Shown here piece after piece: positions 1-12,638 of a stretch of 64,000 nucleotides of DNA. The notes beneath the pieces were generated by a model that saw only the letters and a program-made list of their open reading frames with translations, was not told the origin of the DNA and searched no databases. The translations under genes were made by a program, and so were the position numbers. Numbering within the stretch: position 1 is the stretch's first letter; each line of letters begins with the position of its first letter. Source of the stretch: Elsinoe ampelina (lineage: Eukaryota); contig ML992501.1 of the NCBI GenBank assembly GCA_010093995.1, positions 3,058,489 through 3,122,488 of the forward strand. Reading direction: 5' to 3'.

Positions 1-620
1 TTCACCAATTTGGGCCTGGCGAACTCTGTCGTCACTATCGCCACTGATCTGATTCTCGCCTTGCTACCCATGCCCATCGTGTGGAAGTTACACGCCGACA
101 TACGTACGAAGATTGCATTGATGGCAGTTTTGGCACTTGGTCTGATGTGAGTAAAGCTTAAGATGCCTAATGAGGAAATGCTTAATCTTGCGCAGTGCTT
201 GTGCCGCCGGTGCAGTCAAAGTTTACTATCAGCTCACGTTCTTGTCGCAGCCAGATCGCTTCTAGTAAGTCGCATCACATGCAAAAGTTCAAGTGCATTA
301 CTAACACGATCATCAGCAACAACTCCTTTCCTGTCTGGGGAGCCTTGGAGATTTGTATCGCCATCTTGGCCGGTAACCTCCCAACCCTCAAACCGCTGTT
401 CTCCAACTTCTTTGCCGAGATTTCTTCTGCCGTCAAGTACGGAAGTCGCACAGGTGGACCCTCGCGCAACACAAAGATCAACGAGAACGCTTCCCGCGTG
501 AATGCCTCGGCTGTGCGCAATGTCGAAAGCCCTCCCAGCGACGATGGTCAGATCGCGTCAAAGGAATTCGACGCTGGAGTTATTGTGGAGGAGATCACTA
601 TTACGCAGACAAAGGCATGA
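1..620 (+). CDS. 3' part of a PTH11-like / fungal rhodopsin-domain integral membrane protein (5' end outside window)
   Basis: Frame from base 1 reads ...VVTIATDLILALLPMPIVWKLH...KIALMAVLALG. Introns at 147-195 and 265-316 join it to ACAAGAVKVYY and WGALEICIAILAGNLPTLKPLF, motifs typical of the family. Stop TGA at 618-620. Confidence 0.8.
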
Positions 621-2158
621 AAACCGTAGCACAGGATGGAGAATGCGGAAAAGTACGTGGTATACAGAATGGCACGAGAAGGGAGGATGTGCTCAAGAAG
701 CATCTTCAGCTGAGATTAGGAAATGGACTTGCTTGTACTACTCTAGATTTACTGTATCATAGAATTCACTATGTTTTCTCTAGAGCTTTCCTCCTCAACT
801 TCGAAACAATTGGCCTCCACCTTCCAAGCACGGTCCAGTATGGTCAGTCTTCAGTCAGGATACTGGTGATCCTCCAAGATTGGCACAATCCTACGACACC
901 GCACCATCTCCACCATCAAATCCACGCGACCAAACGTGGCATTAGCTTCGATACTGCAGAAGAAACCCAAAACCCTCATGGCAGTAATGCAACCGATGCC
1001 AATACCGAGATATCCTACCAGAGTTGAGACCGAGCACACCACCATACCGGCAGTCAACAAGATCTTCGTTCAGCGCGCATCCGTGCACAAACAATGACAT
1101 GTCCCATATGGCATCCGCACCATTTACCCTGCCGTTCACAATTGAAGCCACCTTCCTAGAAAGTATGGAAAACGGTCGTGGCAACGGTGGCGTTGGCCAC
1201 GCAGCGGCAAGGCGGCTGATCGTTCGTCTCAGTGAGGAAAGTTCTCATCGGTCGCTATGAGACGTGAGTAAGACTTTGCGTCTGCTGTTTCGTGATGATT
1301 TGAGTTGGGAAGAGGAGGGGGGGTTTCCCGTGCCTTGTGGTGTGATCATGGATCATATGGACGGGTAACTGCGGCCGGGCTAATGAGAAGTCATTGACTT
1401 TCGGATGCTCAATAACTTCATTGGCACTCTCATCTGGGGTATGAGGGCCTTGATAGTAGTCTCACACAGAGCAAGCCCCGAGGCATGTTTTGCCCTCGGG
1501 CTGCGACACTTGAAAGTTGAGGGACAGTCTTCCAAGCGATGCAATCTCTCCGTTATACCGCCACCACAACGGTGGTTCCCCTCGATCATGGCTGAGCATG
1601 GGAGTATCCAAGACCATAGCGGGACATATCTGGCAGTGCCCGATAGAATCGCTCCCGCGTAACGTCGTGCTAGCTTACAGCATGGCATGGCAGCGTTGAC
1701 AAGATGGTATTCCGGCAGTAGTTGACCTCCTTGGGACGAGGCCGCTGAAGACCACGGCAAAATACCTTGCTCGACTCAACAGAAGTAGGACGACAGATTG
1801 AGGTCAACGGGACCCATACATTCACAACGTAGACGAGTATTGGATTGTCACTGAGACTTGACGACGATGCACCGGCTATGCCACCTCCAGGACTCAACTT
1901 CTGGGATATCTGCCAACAGCTCATGATTCAGAGGCATTTGAACCTCATCTGCCGGAGTCCTCATGAGAGGCAGTCCATTATACCTGTTGCATATGTCTTA
2001 CCGCTTTGGTAGAGACATCAATACTGGTAAGGGGCCAAGGTTTCTCCAAGGGATGGAGAACATATATTCCCTTGATCGAGCCTTTTCGAAAGCGGACCCA
2101 GCAGGAGCCTCATCTTCAGTTCAAGTCGCCTCCCTCAGATCTGTCTGACTTCCGCACC

Positions 2159-3444
2159 ATGCAGCTCCTACTCCTGCTTGCTTCTGGCGTGCTGGCATCG
2201 GCTCTGCCGCAGTCTGCCGAGAAGCGCGATGTCTGGGTGCCTGACTCGACCGAAGGTACCGACCAGCTATACCTTCAAGGCCTGGCGAAGCTTGGTCTGA
2301 GCGGTCTTGCGGACCTCAAGAAGGGTACTCTTGGGTCTTGTAACCTTGTCAACGCAAAGAAGCGCAAGGAATGGTGAGAGGCAACTCAAACAGATCCTTA
2401 TCGACCTCCGCTGATAACTCGCAGGCACACGCTCACCGACAAGGAGAAGAAGAACTACATCAAGGCGGTCAAGTGCCTGATGAAGAAGCCATCCCGCATG
2501 ACCGACGAAGCTCCCGGAGCAAAGTCACGCTACGATGACTTTGTCGCCGTCGTAGGTCCCCCATTCCCCCTCTCCCTCCCTCAAGCTCACCACCCCCCCA
2601 GCACATCCAAAACACCCTCTCCATCCACGGCACAGGCAACTTCCTCTCCTGGCACCGCTACTTCCTCTGGGCCTACGAAAACGCCCTCCGCACCGAATGC
2701 TCCTACACCGACGCCCACCCGTACCTCAACTGGGGCAAAATCGCCTCGGCACCCCTCGAGGCCCCCATCTTCGACGGCACCGACACCAGCATCTCCGGCG
2801 ACGGCAGGCCCCGCCCGCACCCCGGCGCCCTCATCCCCTCCCCGGACCTCCCCTTCATCACCCTCCCCCCCGGCTCAGGAGGCGACTGCATCACCACCGG
2901 GCCCTTCAAATCCATGACCGTCAACCTGGGCCCACTCGCGCCCTACCTCCCCTACGCACCCCGCAACCCATCCCCGGACGGCCTGGGCCCCAACCCCCGG
3001 TGTCTCCGCAGGGACATCAACACGCCCGTCGCGGCCGCGAACCTGCACGACGCCAACACCACCTCCCTCATCGCTTCGTCGCCCGACATACTCACGTTCC
3101 AAAACGCGCTGCAGGGGGATTTCCCGGCGGGCAAACTCGGCGTCCACACCGCGGGACACTTCCTCGTGGGCGGGGACCCGGGCGGCGACCTCTTCGCTTC
3201 CCCCGGCGATCCGTACTTCTTCCTGCACCACGGCGGCATCGATAGGGTGTGGTGGATTTGGCAGAACCAGGACCTGGGGAGGCGCGAGAGGGCGTTGGCC
3301 GGGACGTTGACGTTGTTTAATACTCCGCCGAGCAGGGATACCGAGTTGGGGGACGTGATTGATTTGGGGAGTTTGGCGAAGAAGACGACGATTGGGGAGG
3401 TGATGAGTACGACGAAGGGGGCGTTGTGTTATATCTATGTATGA
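2159..3444 (+). CDS. Secreted tyrosinase / type-3 di-copper protein
   Basis: Signal peptide MQLLLLLASGVLASA; introns at 2374-2424 and 2552-2601. CuA region YDDFVAVH...IHGTGNFLSWHRYF and CuB region HTAGH...SPGDPYFFLHHGGIDRVWWIWQ. Ends with the CYIYV motif. Confidence 0.92.
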
Positions 3445-3828
3445 GAAAGGGGAGAGCGTAGAAGGGTTGAGGGGGGGAGGAGAGAGGGGAGACAAAAGAG
3501 TAGGCTAGGGCGGGATTTGGGACAGGGCATGGAGGGCAAGAGGTTCATACGGCAGTGATGAAGGGAGTGGGAGCTGGGTGCATGTGCTGGGCGAAGATAC
3601 GCCATCGGTATCGATCAAACTTGTTCTACAGATTTCGATTGACCACATCTGATAAGCAGCGGGTGTTGTTGTTCTACCAGTGCTCGCTTCCGCATGAATA
3701 TTGTCAGAAAGTTTGGTCGGACCCAGCACAAAGATCACCATAACCTCACAGTGATAGAATTGCAGAACGCCTATACTAAAACGAGCTGATAGGATCTACC
3801 AGACAAACCCTACCACACGGCCGACGAT

Positions 3829-6800
3829 TCACCTCATCATCGCCCTAACCTGCTCGTCCCTCTCCTCCATCTGTCTCCTGGTCTCCTCCGCCACCCTATC
3901 CCACTCGCTACTCCCATCCACATACCTCGTGAAACTCCTCAAAGGTCCGTCCCAGGCCGAACCCAACTGCAGAGCCCTGACCTGAACGGCGTTCTTGGGC
4001 TCAATCTCCACCGAGTCCCTCCTGTTCTCATCCTCGGCATCCCTCCTCGGTTCAACGATTAGGTACAACATCTCAGGCACTTGCACCACGAAGCTGTTCC
4101 TGCCGAAGACGAGCGTGACGTTGGTCCATCCCCCGATGCGGCGACGGAGGACTTTTCTCTGGAAAGCATTGGACCCTTCAATGCTGCGAGTGGCGTTTCC
4201 TTCGCGGACGGTGTCGAGCTCGAAGCCAACCCATTGGTCAAGGTAAGCTTTGTCCGGGTATTCTTCCTCGAAGCGGACACACATCTCATCCCAGTCGTGC
4301 GCTTCCTGAGGAGTACGAGGGACCGTGGTCCAACCTGCTGGGGCGGTCTGATCCGAAATGGCAGAAGGTCTGTTGGGGTTGGAGCTGGGCGAAGATGGCG
4401 GATTTGAGGCGGACTGGTTGACTGGGACAAAGTGGTATTCGATTTGGCGCATGTTCTCGGCGATGCGCACGTCGATGATCTTCATGACTGGATCACGCAC
4501 TGGAGATTGCGAAGGCTGCCTCTGTACTGGCGGTTCTGGTCGTGGCGCTAACCTGCGAAGTGGTTGCCAACCCTGCCTCTGCTGGTCGGCCATCTCGCGG
4601 ATTGACTTCTGGACTGTGTCTGTGACCACAATATCTTCGGGTGCCAGACTGATGCGCAATGGTGTCGGCTGTCCTTTTCGCTCCTCGTACGCAGGAATAA
4701 GCCGTCTATGTCGATTTTCCGAGTTGCGGCCCGCGTCTTCCACGTCCTATGCGGCGGCCATTGAGAAAAGAGGTTTTGAAAATTTCTCTCCCTCGGCTCT
4801 CAGTCGAAGAGCCCATGTGTTCTTTTGCCGGGGTTGTCTCGGTCTAGGTGATCCGGTTGGAGAGAAACGTTGCTTTTGACGAAAGTGGAGTGGCGGACTC
4901 GGTGTATCTTCCCGCAACCACTCTGGTTCATTATTTAATGCCCGACCGGATCGGTGCATAGGAACGCTCTCTTCAAACGCGGGCTCGGAAGGTAGCTGTG
5001 CTGCCCGCGGACGAGGTGCGGGAGGAGGCGTCAAAGGAGCCGGAGAGTCTTCGCTGTCACCAGTGATGCAACCAACCGGGGCAACAGCACCTCGCCGCAG
5101 TCTTTCAGGTGGAGAAGGCGGAGAAGGCGGAGAGCGCCGCTGCGTCCCGTCGGATGAACCTGGAGACATCGGAGTCGAAGCGACTGGACTTTCATCGGTA
5201 GCCACAGGATGTAACTTGCTGCCATGATGCTGCTCAGTAGTTGTACCAGCCCTGGCCCTGTTCCCTGCAAAGCTTATAGCTTCGTCCTCATCATCACTGT
5301 CATCCAGCATGGGCAGGTCACGAGGATCCACACGGCCGCTGAGTCTCGCCTCTCGATCATCTCTCTCGCGTGATGCGCTCGAGCTGAGTATGGTGTTTTC
5401 GAACGCCTGGTTGCTCTTGGCTATGTTGTCCTGGTATGTTTTTGGATCGCTCATGCCTTTGAAGGCCATGTTCTGAAAACTGCGCCGCTGATTCATTGCA
5501 TCAAAGCTGTCGGCGATTTCCTGTTGCAATCGAAGTCTTGATAGCTCTTTCTGATGCCTTTCCTGCCTTAGTGCAGCTTCCACATTGTCTGTGGCTCGAC
5601 CTTTGCCCTTGTCTTGCATGTCCTCACGCTGGTGATCAGCCCGTGTGTTAAGTAGCGACGGATCGATACCTTCAATACTCGGTAGAATAACGTCGTTCTC
5701 GAGCTCCATGATGCCAGCTTCCAAATCGCCAACGTCGTCTTGATCCTCCAGGGATAGAGCTATGGCTCTTGCCAAATCAGCATCCTCCTGCTCTTGTAAG
5801 TCCCTCTCGGCAGCCGAGGTGGTATCTCCTGTGTCTCCGAAAAGCGGCCGTGTCAGTGTCTGCATACCCTGTCGATTGGGTGTAGATGCAGACGCACCAG
5901 CTTCGGCAGGGGCTTGTCCTGCACTTGTTCGTGGCTTAACACGTCCAAGTCTCAGCATCACCGGCTCCCGCTCGTCAAGCTCTGCTCTCGGATCCCTTTC
6001 TGTTGTAGACCTCATCATCGAAATAGCACCCTCACTTCGCGTCCGAGCAAGCGCTTGACGTCTGTTCTGTAGGTCCGCTATCGCCGAGCTCAAATCGCCA
6101 GGGGCTGAAGCGACAGATGACCGTCGTGAAACTCGATGCCAGAAAGGAGCTGGTTCATCGTCCACAGCAGGTCCGGGTGGAGGGCTGCCGCCACGGGATT
6201 GTATATCGTCCCGAAGCTTTGCTCGAGATTCTTTCAACCAGTCCCTGGCTCGGAAGGTCTTGGGGCTCGAAATCTCTGGATGGACCATATGGCGTATATC
6301 GGTAGGAGAAGTAGCGTCATCGGATCGAGAGATCTCAAGTTGACGCCAGGCTTCGTGCAGGCCTTCAAAAAAGGCTCCGTCTGGCTGTTTGAGCCTTGGT
6401 TGATGGCGTCTCTGTCCATGTCGGACGAATGCAAATGGGGCATTCTCAAGCCTTCCGGACGCATCGTGCCTTGCCGGCAAGACTGTTCTTCCGACTTCAT
6501 CAGTAGTCGGTCGAACCGCGTCATCGTTAACAATGTAGGCGGATCCATTATCTGACGATGAATCTTTCTCGTCGACATCATCCGCATCGCCAACATCTTC
6601 CGCATCGTCCTCTGTCTTGTTGTCATCGGTGGATTGACACTGGGCGGCGGCCTGTCGAATACGTCAGCGGAGACAACAAAGAGGTATGGTCAGGGTTGGT
6701 GCAGACCTGGTCCATTGACTGAGCTCGTCTTAGAGCTTCAAGCCCTTCATCAGCCGTGCTCGTCGACATTGAGCCTGCGGATCGGCTGAAAGGTATGCCA

Positions 6801-7342
6801 GCAAGTCGATTGCCATGTCTCGATGAACGGATTCTTGCACTGCGTCGAAGTGTTGAGCTCTCTGCGCTTATCTCGGGCGGTGAAACGGACGGAGGTCTCG
6901 ATATAGGCGCGGGAAGCTTGAGTAGAGGTATGTCTGGTGTGGCTACTCGCCTTGGAGGTAGCTCGGAGCTAGCCTTGGGGGTAGTGGCAGGCGATTTTGC
7001 CATTCGCCGGTCATGCGAAGTCGTCGACGCATGCATCTCAGATGATCTGTCGTGCATCAATTGTCGAATAGAAGGCCGCGATTGATCGTCAACAGATGTA
7101 GCAGCGCCATCATTACTGGACCCACCCTGCGGTGGCGCTACATCATTATCGTCACCATGCCCATCGTGCTGCAGCTAGCGGTCGGCGACGCTATCGGAGT
7201 CTGCTTCGGCCATCTGCACGTCTCCATCTGGCGTCTCGATCTCCATCGGGGCTCTGACGACTTGCTCTGTGAGATGTGCAGGAAGTGTTTCGGGGCTTTC
7301 TAAGTCATCAGTCGATTGAGCAGCGGCAGGTTTGGGCGCCAT
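3829..7342 (-). pseudogene. Long low-complexity protein gene with a ubiquitin-interacting motif, interrupted by two in-frame TAG codons (pseudogene or recoded gene)
   Basis: ATG at 7342 (MAPKPAAAQ); one GT-AG intron at 6706-6652 with CTGAC branch. The frame is continuous to TGA at 3829 except for TAG at 7177-7175 and 4749-4747. UIM-like EQEDADLARAIALSLED near 5790-5740. Confidence 0.6.
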
Positions 7343-7676
7343 TGTGAACGAATGCAATTGCAAGCTACCAATGTGTAGTATCTCATGACTTTTCGATTGG
7401 TAGGGAAAGAATGAATGTTCAATAAATACGCGATGGTGTTTGTGCTGTTCGTTGTCGTGGTAGACGGACGACGTTGAGTGGAAGCTGGAGTTGGCAAGGA
7501 AAATTCCGAGGCAATCGCGGGCACGCCCCATCGCTCGATTTTACACCACAACATATGGATTATGGAAACAGGTAGCCAATAGCCGTAATAGAATGTCCGT
7601 CTGGTGAGCTAGCTAGAGTTTGTCTGAAAACAGTGATCGAAGAGAAACACACGGTGGAACACCACTGCAATAGCCT

Positions 7677-9458
7677 TCACGCCCCAAGAATGCCCCTGCC
7701 CTTCCTGACCTCGGCCAACACCTTCAAAGCACCCTTGACGTCTCTCTTGCCGAATGCCCTCTTCCTTGTCGGCTCGTCGACCTCAGGGATTCCAGTACCG
7801 GCTCTCGTCGGATCAAAAGGTGCTTTATCCGCCTTGCAAACCAAGCCCGGCTCGGGTAACACACCATCAACCATATACCTCCTGACTGCATCATAAGTGC
7901 ATTGCGATCTATCCGCGGTGAAGCTATGCTGCGATTTTCGTTAGTACCGGCTCTCCGAGTCACCATAATCCATTGAACTCACCCCGTAAGCATCATTCGT
8001 GACCACCACGCTCCGCTCGAAGCCAGAGCTGGCATTGAAAGCCCCAGCCAATGGCGTGATCGGATCCCTCTTCCCACCTACGAACAAGATCGGAGTCGCT
8101 GTCTTCGCCACAAAAGGACCAGTGTAGTACTCCGCCGCGTCAAAGCGCCATGTCGCACAACGCCAGCTTAAGGCGTCAGCAAAGACATCGGCAAAGTAGC
8201 TGAGATTTTGCTGTTCTTGAGCGACGGGAAGGAGTTCCTCAGGTGAAGAAAGCCGCCAGGGTGTATCCAGACAACCGATGCCCCAGAAGTTGTCCGCGTC
8301 TTGGGGAATTCCTGAGGTTCCAAGTGGGATCCTGCCAGTCTGATTGAAAGGAGTGCTGACCAAGAGCCTGAGAGCGGAAGCGACGGACGTCCAGACGTCA
8401 GGGGAATATAGCGCTGCGCGGATTGCCAGCTTGATGTCTCGGTAAATGAAACGATCAACATTGTAGATGGAGAGGATGTAGTTCTCGACTTTGTCACGGA
8501 TGGCTTCGGCAGTTGGCGGAGACGGCACAAGTGTTGTCAGCGCACAGTCATCTGGTCGGTCCACGCAGGTGTCGTAGAAGCCTTGGTAGACGACATCGGT
8601 ATCACCCAAGAAGGAATTCCGAGGACCTGCACGAAAGTCTTCGGGATTAACAACAGCATCGAGCACAAAGCGTCCGACGAGTTTCGGAAACATTGATGCG
8701 AAGGTTTCACCGAGAAAGGTGCCGTAGGAGATGCCAAAGTAGTTCAGCTTGCGATCAGGTAGATGCTTCAAGATCTCGACCATGTCCCTAGCGACGAAAG
8801 CTGTGCTGAGGAAACGTCCAGTGTCGGCTTGTGTTTCCAGACATCGGTCAGCGAATAGGTTCGCGCGATCCCATCCGGTCTCGAACAGCGTCTCTGTCAA
8901 GTTTACATTCGCTACTGGTAGGTATTCTGCCACCGGTGTAGCGTTGCAGGAGAAGTGAATGGTGTTTCTGGTTCCTCTGGGCTACTTCAGCACACCTTCG
9001 TAGTCACAGCGTTCGCGGGCTTCACGTACCTGGGATCGAATCCAATGTAGTTGTACTGATCGCTGACCCTGTCTTCAGTCAGTATACGAGTATCGTATAT
9101 ACTCAGTGTTCGAGGCTCACTCGAGAAGTGATAGCCCACTCCCAACGACGAATTCTACTCCCGACCCTCCCGGCCCACCAGGATTGACCAGAGCATTGCC
9201 AATGACTGGCGTCGCCGTAGCATTGAGCCTGACCAGTGAGAGCTTCAGCTTGGGAGATGTCTTGCGCGTATAATCCAAGGGGACTGCCAGCGTGGCACAA
9301 TCAAGTTTGTAGGGGACAGTCGTGTTCGGACCCAAGATCTCCCGGACGAGATCACCGCAGGAGCCCCATTGTAAGGAACGCTTGCCGTGCCCCTTCTTGG
9401 ATGGATGGGACTGCGCAAGAGGGAGAACGAGACCGAGAAGATAGAGATATCGAAACAT
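7677..9458 (-). CDS. Secreted alpha/beta hydrolase, tripeptidyl-aminopeptidase (TAP)-like
   Basis: Signal peptide; motifs CATLAVPLDY, NPGGPGGSG, GFDPRG, nucleophile GISYGT, DPITP and YGH (across an intron). Introns at 9120-9069, 9029-8977 and 7982-7930. Confidence 0.9.
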
Positions 9459-10190
9459 GGTAATATGGTGATGTACTGACCTGCTGAGGACTACAAACCT
9501 ACCGTGCTACTTATACTTCTCTCATCATAGCTGCCAATTTCCCATCTGCGCTGCCGCCCCGCAGTGATTCCATGCTAGGTTTGCAAGGGCTCCCAAGGCC
9601 ACCCATGCGGTGCCCACGACGCGCATCACAAGTCGTACAAGCACATGTCGGTCGGTGTGAGATTTGGAACGGAGATGAACCAAGGGCGGAGAAGGAAGAA
9701 TGCAGGCGGTCACGGTCGCGGCAAAACTTCCCGTTTCTACCAAACTCGTTCGCGTAAATTTGCCTGAAAAGCAGGCTACTGTTCGATGACGGATGTCGCA
9801 TTTGCTCAGCCAATCAGGGCTGGATGCGAGGTTGATGCCTGGGGCTCCGTGCATCAATTCTTTACCGTCAACAGCGGATCTTCTTGTGGCTTTGGTGAGG
9901 CCTGAATCTTTGCAACCACATCGTAAGCACTGAGGCGTGTAGCTTTTTCTTTGACCTGCTGCATTGACATTGAAGCTGAAGCTGAAGCTCGAGACACCCA
10001 AGGGCCGAAAGCTGTTTATCCTACAATCATCACACGCAATGCCTTGCTCCGCCTCCACCAAAGTCTGGGCACCAATTCTACCAAACCCCTCAATCCCTAC
10101 CAGCTGTTTTGTACAGACACGGCCGCCGTCTTCATTACCTCCTCCACCAACGTTCATCTTCGAACCACTGCGCCTTTCAACACCCCGTCA

Positions 10191-12638
10191 TCACTTTCTG
10201 ACACTCCTGCGTTTGGGCGCCGGCTCAGACGTGAAGAAGGAGAACAGACTGCTCTGGCCTGCTCCTGGGCTTGAGGCGCGAGCACGCTTCCTGGTTGCTG
10301 GTGTACGAGTCCTCGCCTCGTCCGACACCGCCACCTTAATGACCGACTCCATTGGCTCATCCTCCTGCATCTCTGTTGCTTCGTTCTTCTCCTCGTTGTT
10401 GGCAGTGTGGTTGCCTGTGGTGATCGAACGGCCTTCGTCCAAACGTGGGTGCTCGGCAGTTGAGGTCTTGTCACCCAGGACTGACTTGTTGTCCTCCTCC
10501 GCTTCCTTGACAGCCATCTCGTCCAGTCCGCCATCGTCCTTGGATAGGTCCCGCAAACGATCAATCGCAGCTGTCACCTGACTGACAGTCTTGCTCTTGT
10601 CGACCTCCGCCTTTGCGAAGCTAGATCTCCTACTACCCGCCTTGCTGGAGCTGGCGCTGCCGCTACTGCTGGTCGTACTTCCGCTGATCTTGCGCTTCGG
10701 CTTCAACGATGCAAACAACTTCGCCCCGGCATCTTCTTTTGTCTTGCTCTCACGGTACTGCTTTGCTGCTTCCGCCAAGCTGAAAGTATTTGGTTTCGAA
10801 GTGCTGTGATCCCTCTTCCAAGCCCTCCACACTTTGTACTTGTTGTAGTTCTTGCGGTGTTCTTTGTGAAAGTCCTTGTCTGCCTTGTTGGCCTCAGCGG
10901 CTCTGGTCTTGTTGTGTTCGAGAGCAACGGCAGACGAGATTCGCTTGGTAAGCGTGCTGTCTGACAACATACTACCGTTGTACCCCAGACGGAATTGAAT
11001 GCCGGTGTTGCCAAAGTCGGTTTCGGAAACGACCTGCATGAGGCGAAAGCCAAGCAGGAGATCTGGGCAGAAGTCGATCATACATTCGGCCGCGCGCTTG
11101 GTGATGACGCGAATGTGGAAGAGCTGGAGACGGGTACGGGCGATGTCCATGATGGAGATGCGAGGGAGGTCCAGATCGCTCAAGATACTGTCGCCAGGGT
11201 CATGCGTGACCTCAATGGACATGAGATTCTTGTCGAATGGGTCGGTCATGGCGGCCTCGATTGCTTCCTCGATGGTGTTGTAAGGTAGGATCTGGAACTT
11301 CTCCCAATTCTCCTGATCTGCAAAGGCCAGTCTACCACTGAAATGCTCGCGCTGATCAGCAAGCCCAGACTTTTTGTTCTTCGGACGTTTGTTATCCGGC
11401 CTGACAGCAAGCGGTATTGGACCAACACTTGGACGTTCGATTTCTTCGTTTGCTTTGGCGGCCTTGATCGCTGCATTCTTCCTCGTGCCAGCATCAGTTC
11501 TGCCACCACCCATGTAAGCTCCTACCACTGCTTTGTTGCGGTCATGGACCTTTTCCAGATGCTCCAGTCGCGCTTGATCGTAGATACTGTCGTCCCATTC
11601 TTCAGCCTCTTCAGTGGCGTATGAAGCTTCCCACGGTAGGTCTGGACCTTGAGTCATATCGTAACCATGATGGTATGGGGGACGGGGTGGCTCCTCCATT
11701 TTATCAAGTTTGTCGTCTTTGCTCCACATCTCGAATTTTGCTTCTGACAATGGATGATCAGAGACCTTTCCTTTCTTCCTCTTAGAGCTTTGCCGGACGC
11801 CGTTTGGAGGGAATTCTCCATCAGATACCACGGGAGTGTCCACCTCGTAGCTCTCTGCGGAGGTGAAGACTTCCAACTGTGTCTTACGACCAGTACGCTG
11901 TCTCTTTGTAGGCAGTCGTTCCTGGTCATCGAGAGGCGGAGCATTTTCGTCCTGTCTTTCCACGTAGCGCTTGGACAAGGTTGTGCTTCGCCTCGGACGC
12001 GTTGAATTGCCGTTTGGTTCTTCAGAGTCCTCATTGGCCCCGTGCTCACTGGCAACTTCCGTGTTGGATTGTTCTGCCGGCCTTGGGGGGAATCTCAGAT
12101 TGAGCTTGTTGCCGGCTTTTGGTGGCGGTGCTGCCTGCTTCGTGGCCTCGCCGGACAGTTGCGATTTGCCACTAGACGTTGACTGAATGTGCTGAGGGAT
12201 GTGAAGAGTGAGCCATTCTTTCGGTGCACCTTCGCTGTAGACGCTTTTGCCATTGTCACGAAGGCGCATACGGGCCTGCATCGCGTCGTACGCGTCCATC
12301 GCCTCGGCGGGGTCGATCAACCATTTCGACAAGGACCAATCTTCGAGGTAGGCCACCATTTCGCGATCTTTCTGGAGCCAGTACCTCTCTGATCGGGTCC
12401 AGTCTCCTTGCAGGGGTATGTCGACTGGAAATGTGAAGGAGACTTCCAACTGCTTCCGCTCACATTCGTCCATGATCGCATATTTTCCAGGTTCGGGTAG
12501 GTGGAAAGTCTCTGCCGACGAGGTTCGGGAAACACGGTGCCATGATCCGTTTCGAGAGTGTTGCTTTGCTTTCGATTGTGCAGTATCGAAGCCCGATTTG
12601 TGCCCGGCCTTGGAGGCTTTCTGCTTGGATGGCGGCAT
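10191..12638 (-). CDS. Hypothetical 815-aa Lys/Glu-rich protein, probably nuclear
   Basis: Uninterrupted 815-codon ORF with basic NLS-like clusters (KRKKGK, RKRAR, KRRSVRK). No family recognised. Confidence 0.75.
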   Translation of the reverse strand: MPPSKQKASKAGHKSGFDTAQSKAKQHSRNGSWHRVSRTSSAETFHLPEPGKYAIMDECERKQLEVSFTFPVDIPLQGDWTRSERYWLQKDREMVAYLEDWSLSKWLIDPAEAMDAYDAMQARMRLRDNGKSVYSEGAPKEWLTLHIPQHIQSTSSGKSQLSGEATKQAAPPPKAGNKLNLRFPPRPAEQSNTEVASEHGANEDSEEPNGNSTRPRRSTTLSKRYVERQDENAPPLDDQERLPTKRQRTGRKTQLEVFTSAESYEVDTPVVSDGEFPPNGVRQSSKRKKGKVSDHPLSEAKFEMWSKDDKLDKMEEPPRPPYHHGYDMTQGPDLPWEASYATEEAEEWDDSIYDQARLEHLEKVHDRNKAVVGAYMGGGRTDAGTRKNAAIKAAKANEEIERPSVGPIPLAVRPDNKRPKNKKSGLADQREHFSGRLAFADQENWEKFQILPYNTIEEAIEAAMTDPFDKNLMSIEVTHDPGDSILSDLDLPRISIMDIARTRLQLFHIRVITKRAAECMIDFCPDLLLGFRLMQVVSETDFGNTGIQFRLGYNGSMLSDSTLTKRISSAVALEHNKTRAAEANKADKDFHKEHRKNYNKYKVWRAWKRDHSTSKPNTFSLAEAAKQYRESKTKEDAGAKLFASLKPKRKISGSTTSSSGSASSSKAGSRRSSFAKAEVDKSKTVSQVTAAIDRLRDLSKDDGGLDEMAVKEAEEDNKSVLGDKTSTAEHPRLDEGRSITTGNHTANNEEKNEATEMQEDEPMESVIKVAVSDEARTRTPATRKRARASSPGAGQSSLFSFFTSEPAPKRRSVRK

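Noticed and set aside
620..2150. Short ORFs between the PTH11-like gene and the tyrosinase
   Set aside because: No recognisable motif, frequent stops and no consistent splice model.
4747..7177. Genome-wide UAG reassignment
   Set aside because: TAG is the normal terminator of CDS1, the ThDP enzyme, SRP68, the PPR gene and FBP26 in this same window.
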